From Lytechinus pictus (lineage: Eukaryota), in NCBI RefSeq assembly GCF_037042905.1, contig NC_087250.1, positions 21,764,001 through 21,828,000 of the forward strand: a stretch of DNA of 64,000 nucleotides, in the 5' to 3' direction. The notes beneath the pieces were generated by a model. The model was not told the DNA's origin and did no database searches. It was given only the letters and a program-made list of their open reading frames with translations. The position numbers were made by a program, and so were the translations under genes. Positions 24,283 through 35,803 of this stretch are shown one piece after another (within the stretch, counting starts at the first letter, position 1; the number at the start of each line of letters is the position of its first letter).

Positions 24283-27200
24283 AGGCACAAACATCAGCTT
24301 GTCGAATAATAATAATCCAAGAAAACGCCGTCAACATAAATGACAGTTTGAACATCATTGTGTTCATATTTTCTGAATGCCATCCATAGACATGTGTTAC
24401 AATATTTAAGTTAAGCGAAGAAATAGAAAAACGAGAACTTCACTTTAATATTAACAATGAACAGTTAATTATTTTGTTGTGACAACGTAATTTGAGAACA
24501 TATCTTACATTATTTTTACCTTTGTATAAACATCTGCTGTTTATACACTATCTGAACCTATCTACATTGAAATGGAATAGAATAAATGATAATAATAATA
24601 AAATAATCATCCTTGACTGTATAGTGTTTCATGTTATCACCATCTGTACTGCGGATGAATGAAGTTGATTGAAAGGAGTCATCTACTGGTTTCAATATAG
24701 TATACTTTTGCGAGTCAGAGAGCCGTGCAGGTCATGTGAGTTAAAATGAAAAGTATGGAAGTATGTACAAAACAGTATGGAAAAGTCAGAGAGTTTTGAT
24801 GGGGGAGAGTCTGGAATGAGTAGAGCTTGAGATGTCACTATTATCAGGATTATAATCACATGTTGGATTACCAATAATTTTTATAAGAGGCAGAGAGAGA
24901 GTCGGCTTTCACCTTGAATAGGATATCCCAAGTTCAATGACGCGCGTTGGCCGTGCATGGGGCGATCGATTCGTGAACCGCGAGGCACTTGATCATATCT
25001 GCTGGTAGGCAGAGAAAGATAACTTTTCACTTTTTAACTGTATAGAAATCATACGTCTATTTTGCGCATCGTATCCTATACGTGACGATTGCGCCACGAT
25101 GGTGCAATACCGGGTAAAGGGTAATTCCCTGGGATGACATCACGGTGCTTGCGTAGCCGGTGACGTCATGCGAGGCGGTTGACATATCCGCCGGTAGGCG
25201 AAAAAAGATCCTTTTTTAAATAGGAAACTGTGCAGAAATCATACGTCTGTTTTGTGCATCGTATCCTATACGTGACGATTGCGCCACGGTGGTGCAATAC
25301 CGATGGTTCGATAAGGGTAATTCTATGACATCACGGTGGTTGCGTAACTGCGTCGTAATACCATTTCACGGTGACGTCGTGGCTGACCGGAAGTCTGGGT
25401 CAACATATCTGCCGGTAGGCGGAGAAAGATAACTTTTCACTTTTCAAAAAAAGTTGCCCCAGATTAAATCCAAAGGTAAAAACTGTAATATATCAAGTCA
25501 AATATCAAAAAGTCATATATCAAATCGCGTCCCGCGTTTCACTATCCAATTAAGATGGCGTCCCCACGCGGAGTCATTATCCAATTAAAATCGCGTCCCG
25601 CGCTCCATTATCCAATTAAAATCGCTTCCCGCGCTCCATTATCCAATTAAAATCGCTTCCCGCGCTCCATTATCCAATTTCCTGTTTACCGCGTACCCAA
25701 AGGTCAAAGGTCATGATTGACCGGAAGGTGGGGTCACGGGGTCAACAGTGACCGGAAGTTGGGGTCAAAGGTCATGCGGTCAAAGGTCAAAGGTCAATTA
25801 GGATGAGGTCTAACCCCTGCTACGTAGTCACGACCAATACCACCAATGCTGTTTATACACTATCTGAACCTATCTACATTGAAATGGAATAGAATAAATG
25901 ATAATAATAATAAAATAATCATCCTTGACTGTATAGTGTTTCATGTTATCACCATCTGTACTGCGGATGAATGAAGTTGATTGAAAGGAGTCATCTACTG
26001 GTTTCAATATAGTATACTTTTGCGAGTCAGAGAGCCGTGCAGGTCATGTGAGTTAAAATGAAAAGTATGGAAGTATGTACAAAACAGTATGGAAAAGTCA
26101 GAGAGTTTTGATGGGGGAGAGTCTGGAATGAGTAGAGCTTGAGATGTCACTATTATCAGGATTATAATCACATGTTGGATTACCAATAATTTTTATAAGA
26201 GGCAGAGAGAGAGTCGGCTTTCACCTTGAATAGGATATCCCAAGTTCAATGACGCGCGTTGGCCGTGCATGGGGCGATCGATTCGTGAACCGCGATCGAG
26301 GCACTTGATCATATCTGCTGGTAGGCAGAGAAAGATAACTTTTCACTTTTTAACTGTATAGAAATCATACGTCTATTTTGCGCATCGTATCCTATACGTG
26401 ACGATTGCGCCACGATGGTGCAATACCGGGTAAAGGGTAATTCCCTGGGATGACATCACGGTGCTTGCGTAGCCGGTGACGTCATGCGAGGCGGTTGACA
26501 TATCCGCCGGTAGGCGAAAAAAGATCCTTTTTTAAATAGGAAACTGTGCAGAAATCATACGTCTGTTTTGTGCATCGTATCCTATACGTGACGATTGCGC
26601 CACGGTGGTGCAATACCGATGGTTCGATAAGGGTAATTCTATGACATCACGGTGGTTGCGTAACTGCGTCGTAATACCATTTCACGGTGACGTCGTGGCT
26701 GACCGGAAGTCTGGGTCAACATATCTGCCGGTAGGCGGAGAAAGATAACTTTTCACTTTTCAAAAAAAGTTGCCCCAGATTAAATCCAAAGGTAAAAACT
26801 GTAATATATCAAGTCAAAATACAAAAATTAAAGTGTAATATATATATATATATATATATATTACATGATTACAACCATCGAACTTACACTCTGTGTCATT
26901 GGTGGTATTGGTCGTGACTACGTAGCAACAAAGCGCTTTCTGATACGCTCGTTTCGGAATCATCGTTGGATTCTTCAACTCTTTGCAAGGATGCTTGCTT
27001 GCGTAGCCGGTGACGTCATGCGAGGCGGTTGACATATCCGCCGGTAGGCGAAAAAAGATCCTTTTTTAAATAGGAAACTGTGCAGAAATCATACGTCTGT
27101 TTTGTGCATCGTATCCTATACGTGACGATTGCGCCACGGTGGTGCAATACCGATGGTTCGATAAGGGTAATTCTATGACATCACGGTGGTTGCGTAACTG

Positions 27201-27369
27201 CGTCGTAATACCATTTCACGGTGACGTCGTGGCTGACCGGAAGTCTGGGTCAACATATCTGCCGGTAGGCGGAGAAAGATAACTTTTCACTTTTCAAAAA
27301 AAGTTGCCCCAGATTAAATCCAAAGGTAAAAACTGTAATATATCAAGTCAAAATACAAAAATTAAAGTG

Positions 27370-27413
<44 letters not shown>

Positions 27414-29519
27414 CATGATTACAACCATCGAACTTACACTCTGTGTCATTGGTGGTATTGGTCGTGACTACGTAGCAACAAAGCGCAAACAACATCCACA
27501 CGGTTATCAACATGGCATGTAGATAAATTGGTGTTCCTGCGGCAGAGCTGTTCTGGTTAGTCCGAGGTCCAGAATGCGCCGGGTGTCCAAGTTGGCGGGT
27601 TTTATAGCACGCGCTGCTTTTTACTCTTTCTTTAAGATTCACCCCCATCATTTCCGGGTTGAAGCGTGGCGTCCCCACGCCGACCCTCATTATCCAATTA
27701 AAATCGCGTCCCGCGTTTCACTATCCAATTAAGATGGCGTCCCCACGCGGAGTCATTATCCAATTAAAATCGCGTCCCGCGCTCCATTATCCAATTAAAA
27801 TCGCTTCCCGCGCTCCATTATCCAATTAAAATCGCTTCCCGCGCTCCATTATCCAATTTCCTGTTTACCGCGTACCCAAAGGTCAAAGGTCATGATTGAC
27901 CGGAAGGTGGGGTCACGGGGTCAACAGTGACCGGAAGTTGGGGTCAAAGGTCATGCGGTCAAAGGTCAAAGGTCAAAGGTCAATTAGGATGAGGTCTAAC
28001 CCCTAACTACTTACATGCTTTTGGAAAAAAAGTGGGGGGAGGGGCTGAAGCCCCCCCCCCCCGCTTCCGCGGCCCCTGCAATACATTCTGCTCACTCAAC
28101 CATGAACATACAATATCAAAATTGTGTGTGGAGTGGCTAAATGATGGATAGTAATACAGCATAACACCATAAAATTCACCTAAAAACAACTTTTGCCCAA
28201 TCTGAAAAACGACTCTTGTGACTTTCAAAAATGATCATTTTTAATTCAATCTTTATTTACTCATGCATGAATCAATCGATCAATCTCATTTTTTTCCAGA
28301 AGCTGCTTAATGAGTTTAGAAAACTACCTACGAAATATCATATTTCAAAATAATTCCGTTCAAAAGTTACAGCAATTTGATTTAGGGGGGACTTACTTTT
28401 TTTGTTGTGTATAGAAAAACATATAGGCCTATTCTTGTTATAAAAGTCTAAAAAACAAGTGCATATGTATACCCAGAATTATGTTTACAACCCTCGTAAA
28501 TGTGATTTCATATTCATACTTCAATAATAAATGAAAAAAGAGTCAAACAATTATTAAAGGAATATATTCAGTATGAAGACCAGCAAGATGAAAAATGTCT
28601 CTTATTTACGTTATATAATGGGTGGGGGTGGAGTGTGAAACATAATTATTAAAGGCCTAATGATTGTATTAGTGTGTCAAATCTAACGCAAAATTAACCC
28701 CCCCTCCATATACCATTAACACCAATCGGAACCTGTCAATCCGTAGGCCTATATATCACGGACCTCCGGCCATGGCTATATCAAAATAAGAATTTCGGGC
28801 CATGATGTGATATGCGCTATACAAGAACCGCTTTATTATTATTATTATTATTAACTCAGCGACCGTCGAATGAATTGCATTCTAGTATAGATAATTAGAG
28901 CCTACTACACAACAAGATAACCTTGTTTCCTGAGTATTTTTCAAGGGGAAAACGAAATAAAGTTTTTGGTGCTTGGTTGTGAAACATGCATGAACTTTCT
29001 CCATATGGGAGTAAAAGAATGAAGTAATTAAATTCCCCTTTCACCCGGCTGATCTAAAATGAGGTAAGACGATGGTCAAAGCAGTGCCCCGCCCCCACTA
29101 AGAATATATATATATATAAAAATATGGGAAATAAAGAAAAGGACACTCAAACACAAAGTTGTTGTTGTTGTTTTAAATAGGTAAACTTAGTCAGTTTTTG
29201 GCTATTGTTGCCTTGTTAATTTGCTTTTTTCCAAAAACGGAATAATTTATTTTTTGAATCTATATCAGTGAGAAAAAATAAAGGAATTGAGGAAGAAAAG
29301 TTCTTAGGAAATCGTGCACGACCATCCCTCCTGGCCTGTATAGCACGTTATCCTGACAAGCCTGCTCGTTTGGACTATAGTTGGGAAAATAGTTTTTATA
29401 CGCATGCGCGAAAAATGCCAATAGCTGCAAGAATGAAGATGTGATATGACACTTTATATTTCCCCAGTTGAAGAGTCGATCGTTTCCAATTCGTTTCCTA
29501 TAGTATGCTACAATTTACA

Positions 29520-29601
29520 ATGAATTTCCAGCTGAGAACAACAATCATGTGCTGTTTAGTATTAAGTACATTTCATTCAACTGGATTGTTATCAAGAGCA
29601 G
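29520..29601 (+). CDS. Exon 1 (signal peptide) of a secreted PAN/Apple-domain protein
   Basis: MNFQLRTTIMCCLVLSTFHSTGLLSRA, then a g|gtaagg donor (phase 1) compatible with the exon at 31615. There is an alternative in-frame ATG at 29505. Confidence 0.65.
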
Positions 29602-29937
29602 GTAAGGTCTTCATTAGAATATAAATATCTCGATTTATCGTATTATTATATTCCAACATTAAAACCTGTTGTAAGTTTGGGTATAAATTCGAAGGATTTA
29701 ACATAAATCCAGATTGGCTGTGAATAGTGACCAGCCTAATATTAGATTAAGATTCAAACCATTCGGAATTAAATATAAAGCAAGAAGATTTGAATTCAAA
29801 TCATTTGAGACTTAAAAGATAATCCTAAAGATTAAAAATATATATGAAGATATCTAGGTAGAAAGATAGATAGCCGTAGATAGATAGAAATATATTGATA
29901 GGTATATAGATAGACAGATACATTACATAGATAGATA

Positions 29938-30249
29938 GGCCCGTATTCTAAAGTCGGGTTTAACTTAAACTCAGGTTTAAAGTTGTGGTTTAAGTATGGG
30001 TAGTCAATTGTTACATAAATCACTAACAGTAGAGATATCATACTTCAGCTCATTTGGCTCTCATATCATTCATAATTGTCTAGGAAGTATAAATAGATGA
30101 CTGTCTTCACCATCGATGAATCAGGAAAGAGCACAGTAAACATAAGAAACATACAACTTAGATAAAAATTATGATACTTTTGGCTGCCCATACTTAAACC
30201 ACAACTTTAAACATGAGTTTAGGTTAAGCCCGACTTCAGAATACGGGCC
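29938..30249. mobile_element. PIF/Harbinger-like MITE
   Basis: ~60-bp TIR ggcccgtattct...agaatacgggcc with a 3-bp TSD ata. A second, inverted copy is at 50019-50330. Confidence 0.8.
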
Positions 30250-31614
30250 ATAGAAAATAGATAAATAATTTATACTCAATAAGATGTGTCATGTGTGTTT
30301 GTGTGTGTCTGTCCAATTCTTTTAAATAGGTGTTGATGATTGCATGTATACACGTACCTTTTAAATTTTGTTTAAATCGGTAATACATTACATAATTTGG
30401 TTTGTAATCATGTTCGGAGCTTGGTTTTTTTTAAGGCTCAGCCTTTCTGCCACTCCTTATATATACTTTCATTTCTATCCGAGTAAAGTAATTTTTCATT
30501 CTTGGTTCTTTTCTGTTTGTATCGTTTTGCTTCCTATTAATGTCATAATTATTTGTATTGTATATTGTCTATGTTATTATGTCTTTTATGTTGTTTTTTA
30601 ATGAAAGCATTAAATAAATGATTTGAATAGATAGATAGAGGGGGAGAGAGAGTGATAGAGAGAGGGGGAGAGAGGGGGAGAGAAAGAGGGAGAAGGAGAG
30701 AGAAGTGGAGAGAGAGGGATAATCTCTATGATAGGAAAATGAATATCATTATAGGCTTTTCATCGACAAAATGATCGTAACGAAATGAAGTATATTTATA
30801 AATATCGGCCTATATTGAAATTATAATTTTCTCTGAAACGAAGTTGATATCATTATCCATATGGCCAATTTTCATCAAACAATGACAACGTTTGATTGGT
30901 GTACTGTTGACCGAGTAAAAAATAACCAAAAGGTAACTATCAAAAACACTTCCACGCACTTGGCAGATCGGCGATATCGATTTTTCACAAGAAAAAATTA
31001 AATGGTTTTATCCATTATGCTATTTCTGGCAATCGATAATCAAAATGACGTTCGTGGCTTGAGGATGAGGTTGCTATTGTTATAAGCACGAGTTTTATGA
31101 AAAAACTCAAGTTATTACTCAATGAAGTAACCAGTTTCATGATGGGTTTGTAAATTCATCTTAGGTCCTCACTAATATACTGCACTGGCCTATTTTCCCC
31201 AAGCGCTAAGTTCATGTCTTGCCCAATAATTATTTTTCGGGTTTTTTAAACTCTAACTCCAATACTATGAACAAAATAATAATAAACGCATACATTTTTA
31301 ACAGCTGGACAAAACGGAAGTCTTTTATTATTTAGGGCCAGCTCCCGTGTATGATTTGTTTACGGGGATGGGGTGGGGTACGTGGACCGTGAACAAGATG
31401 AATTCAATATGTCATCTTATTCTAAATTGAATAAATGAAACGGATCCCAAACTCATTTTATGTTCTTCTATTTCCTTCCTCATTTTGTCCCCCTTTCTCT
31501 TCTCAAATTTTTCCTTTGAAACGTCAAATTCTTGTCAAATGCTAACTTATATATGTTGGGATCAAATTGTGACATTCTTGTATGATTATATCACAATTTC
31601 TTATTCACCTGCAG

Positions 31615-31871
31615 AATTCAACCACGAGTCCGCCATTTTCACGCCAGTCAACACACGACGCTGCCTTCTAAACCACGTGATCGCCACCCACCAGCCAATG
31701 ACGTCCCTCGATTGCGCATCTTTGTGTAGCATGACGGAATCCTGTGTGTCGTTCAATACACGAGCCTATGAGAGTGTCTGCGAGTTGAACAGCCGGGCTA
31801 TTCGTCATGCGGATGTTGCTGATAATGATTTGATTGCTATCGATGGATGCGAATATTTCCAAAAACAGTAA
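31615..31871 (+). CDS. Exon 2 of the secreted PAN/Apple-domain protein (~112 aa total)
   Basis: cctgcag acceptor. C-x3-C ... C-x-S-F-N ... C-E-L-N pattern (DCASLCSMTESCVSFN...VCELNS) typical of PAN modules. Confidence 0.8.
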
Positions 31872-31897
31872 CCCACAGGAAGCCCCAGTGCCTGTGT

Positions 31898-32964
31898 CAG
31901 GGGCGGATCCAGCTTTCGCCAATAGGGGGGGCCGAAAAATATTTTCATCAACATTTTTCTCGATTGGCCGCTATAATCTGATTTTTTTTTTTTTTGGGGG
32001 GGGGGGGTTCAGGGGGTAGTCCTTACTAGAGACTGAAGTTTTAAGTATATGTTAGTTTTTATTGTTATAAACAAGATAAGGTATCTCATGTGGTCTTAAT
32101 ATATAATGCGAGCGCGAAGCGCGAGCTCAAATTCTTTGATATTTTATGTCCTTAGACCTGAAGATTCTGAGGAGATTTTATAATCATGAAAAAGATAAGT
32201 ATCCAACTAAACAATGCGAGCGCGAAGCGCGAGCTGAAATTTTATCATAGTAACGTGAAAAGGGACTCAATTAGGACTGTTTTTAGTGATTAATGAAGAG
32301 AATACAAGTATCACCAATTAAATAATGAGAGTGCGAAGCGCGAGCTCAAATTTTTTTATATTCCGACCTGAAAACTGGACAATCTAAGCGCGTTTTTATT
32401 TAAATACAGAAAAGGCTGTGTGTCTCAAACAAATAAATGCGAGCGCGAAGCACAAGCTCAATTGTTTTATATACTGACATGATAAAGGAGCATTTTGACA
32501 AAATTTGGTAAGAATTTCCAAAAAGGATAGGTAACTCACAAATCAAACAATGCGAGCGCTCAGCGCGAGCTGAAAATATTGATATAAACAATTTGTGTAA
32601 AACAAACAAAATAATTAAAGCTTGATGCGAGCTAAAATATTGTGTGCAAATTGATTTCAGATCTGGATATATAAGTGTCATTTAATCCTCTTGAATGGGA
32701 TTCATTGGCACAGGCAATGCGAGCGCAAAGCGCGAGCGAAATTTTTTATATAAAGTTCTTTTTCCAATTCTTCCCCTCACCCTTTTCTTGTTTCCTTTCG
32801 GGGTCGGGCCGGCCGTTACGAGGTTGTAAATTACACATCCTGGGTATGATACCTCTTTCCTACTTTTCTTTAGTGTTTTTCCTATAGTACACTTTTTCTG
32901 CAGGTTGTCAAAAAATAGGGGGGGGGGCCGGGGCCGGCTCGGCCCCCTCCTGGATCCGCCCCTG
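31898..32964. mobile_element. Non-autonomous DNA transposon (CAGGGGCGGATCCAG TIR, 5-bp TSD TGTGT) with internal GCGAGCGCGAAGCGCGAGC motifs
   Basis: tgtgt|caggggcggatccag ... ctggatccgcccctg|tgtgt. Confidence 0.8.
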
Positions 32965-35129
32965 TGTGTCTGTTCGAAGGACTTATATTATGAATTTTAA
33001 GGAGTATCAAAAGATTGCACAGTTATTATTAAGTTATTTTGTTTGTTTATGAAAAGTAGTTTTCTATCCCCGGGTTTTCTATAGGCCCGATTTCTATGAT
33101 ATATTGTATTTTCACCTTGTTTAAAAGCCATTGAAAACTACATTTTTTTGTAGACTTATATTCGCGGACGAATGAAATAATCTTGATGCATATACATGTA
33201 TATTTTAAGGCATCATTGATATTTGTTCAGGACAATGACAAGTTAACATGATTGTATATTGTCAATTTATAGTCAACGTCAGGTTAAGTGGAAAATTATG
33301 AACACAAATTACCAACATTCCTAAACGAGAATCAATCGTAATTTAAAAAAAGAAATTCACCATTGATTGATGCGTAATAATGATAATTTTGATAAGAGGA
33401 GGTATTATATCTTTTATGATTTCCATTATTGACAAAAATGAAACTCGGCTGTCAGTTGGTTTTGAAACAATTTGTTCAGATATACACACGTGCATTATAA
33501 AAAAGACGTTTGGAGATTATAAACCATACGCAGAATTTAAATTGTGCTGAAAAATTTGAATGAAATTAAAATGTCAGTTCTGATTAAATTGTACCACTAG
33601 GATTTCTATTTGTCTTTCTAATGAAATAAGAACTAGGACAGATATACGCATTTGTCATATTTAGCCTATATATTATTTACAACATAAATGGCATATGGCG
33701 ACTATGAGAAATTGTATCGCTACATGTATATGAATCACTCTTATTCATTCATTAATCCATACATTGGAAATTATTTCATTCATTTGTTCCTTCAATCATC
33801 CATCCATTCATTCGTTCATTCATTCATCAATCCATTCATTCATTTGGTCAGACGCCCTTTCAATCGTTCTTCCATTCCTTCATCCATCTAACCTTTACCA
33901 ATTCTGTTGCTTGTTCGCTCTTTCATTCATTCAAGAATTGACTCGTGCACTTATTCAAAGTTATATGATTTTACAGAGTAATTATCTTCATTCATCCACC
34001 CATCCTTCCATTTCTCCATCCATTCATCCACCCACCCACCCATCAATCCATTCACTTCTGGCAGCTATCAGAAGAAAGCTGAAATTACCTTTAAAGATAC
34101 TAAAAATAAAGTGGTGCCTAAATCCCACTACCATATATCAAGGACCTCTGGCCATTCTCTTCTGTTTTTTCAATGATATAAAAAGGTTACCAACACAACA
34201 TGATTTCAAATCCACCTTTTGAGGTAATAAAAATCTATATTTGCACATGAAAGACAACAAAAAAGCATAAAAAAACAACTTGTAACACAAGGGGCCCGTA
34301 ACACAAAGCTTAGCAATGATCATAGAACATTTCTCTACGATTGATTCCATTGACTACAATGTACAATCAATTGTTAGAATCAAGCGCACAATTAATTGCA
34401 AACCTTTCTGTTACAGGACCCTGAAGATCTTTTCAACTCGGACCAAACTTAAAAATACAACTACAATCTGTGGTTTAAAAAAGGGCATTCCCTAGCTACA
34501 ATTCTGATTGTCAGGTCTATTTAGGCATGGTTGAGAGACAGGGAGAAAAAAATATTCTACTTCTTCAACCCAGCAGCTTTTAATATATAGTTACACCTAA
34601 GTAACCTATTAAAATACTTTGAAACCAGGCAATTTTTCTTACATTTTTTGGGGCTGCCTACTGCATAAAATCAGTGATATTGGAGTATTTTTCAGGGCTC
34701 TTTGAGCTATTTCCGAGGTAAAATCGTCCTGAGCCCTCTGCTAGTATTTTTTTTTTTACATGACTTACATGACGCAGAATGCAGTGTAGGCTACCTATAG
34801 TCAAACAAAGGTAATATAATAGCTGGACCTCAAAATGGCGTAGAATTGATAACCAGCTCTTCATGTTTAACAATGCAAGAAAAATATATGAATAAAAAAA
34901 AACAATGCTGCAATTTTGACTACATTGTCTGATGTTCAATGCTACATTTTTAGCATAAATCCATGCAGGTCAAATGTCATGGCCCTGGGAAGCAGGGGTG
35001 ACGCACCCCCAAAAGATTTCCTTGAGGGTGCTGCGTGTATCATTCTCCATAGGCAGCACCCCCAGTTATTCCGGGAGATGTGTAAAATGGAAACATGTAA
35101 CGAAAATGACCTTCATTTTGTAATGAACC

Positions 35130-35803
35130 CCCGGGGGCCACTTCCATTGACGAGTGGATACCATGCGCGACCACGGGGTCTTGAAAAGCACCCTAAACAC
35201 GTATTTTCCATATTCTGAAAATGCACCCCTTAACAAGTATTGGCGTGTGAAACCCTACCCTTAACAAGTATTGGAAACAAATACTATTGGCAAGTATTCC
35301 CAGAATTGAGCCCCTGAACAAGTACAGCGATGTATTTTCCATATTCTGAAAATGCACCCCGTAGCAAGTATTAGAAACAAAACGATGCTCTTGGCAAGTA
35401 TTTCTTGAAATGAACCCGTAAACAAGTACAACGATATTTTATTGTTATGTCACGGGTCTGTCGATCGTCGGTTTTACCTTTACACACCATTATTTTGGTT
35501 TAGTACGGCCCCACCTTTCACACCTCGTGCAAATCGGACTCTAAACACGTAGTGTTGGGGCAAAAAGGACATTCTTTATAAAACATTTTGATTTTGTTTT
35601 ATCATCCCCGCATATTTGACCCTAAACACGTATATTTTTCAGAGCGAAATAGATACCCTTTTTTCAATATTTTTGTGTTTTTGACACCCTTATCACGTTA
35701 CGTACGCAACGTGCCCTATCTTGAAAAAGACATCCTTTTTACATGTTTTTTTGGTCGTGCATGGTATCCACTCGTCAATGTAAGTGGCCCCCCCCCCCCC
35801 GGG
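35130..35803. mobile_element. MITE with ~40-bp TIR nested in another short element (~34978-35944)
   Basis: cccgggggccacttccattgacgagtggataccatgc / gcatggtatccactcgtcaatgtaagtggcc..cccggg, with a near-perfect 8-bp TSD aatgaa(c/a)c. Confidence 0.75.

Larger units (their letters stand above)
1963..28011. mobile_element. Non-autonomous Polinton/Maverick-derived composite element with long terminal inverted repeats
   Basis: Starts agtagttaggggttagacctcatcc and ends ggatgaggtctaacccctaactact. Flanked by a perfect 6-bp TSD tacatg (1957-1962; 28012-28017). AGT-repeat termini, long TIRs and a 6-bp TSD are Polinton features. No core Polinton ORFs appear in the ORF track. Confidence 0.85.
1868..28078. 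mobile_element. Short MITE (CAGGGGC...GCCCCTG, 5-bp TSD CAATA; hAT5-like) split in two (1868-1962 and 28018-28078) by the Maverick-derived insertion
   Basis: caata|caggggcgggggaaggg at 1868 and ccgcttccgcggcccctg|caata at 28078. The halves rejoin across the TACATG duplication. Confidence 0.75.

Noticed and set aside
1963..28011. Alternative reading as an LTR retroelement or Foldback/MULE
   Set aside because: The repeats are inverted, the ends are AG...CT rather than TG...CA, and the TSD is 6 bp rather than 9 bp. There is no RT/gag or Mutator transposase.
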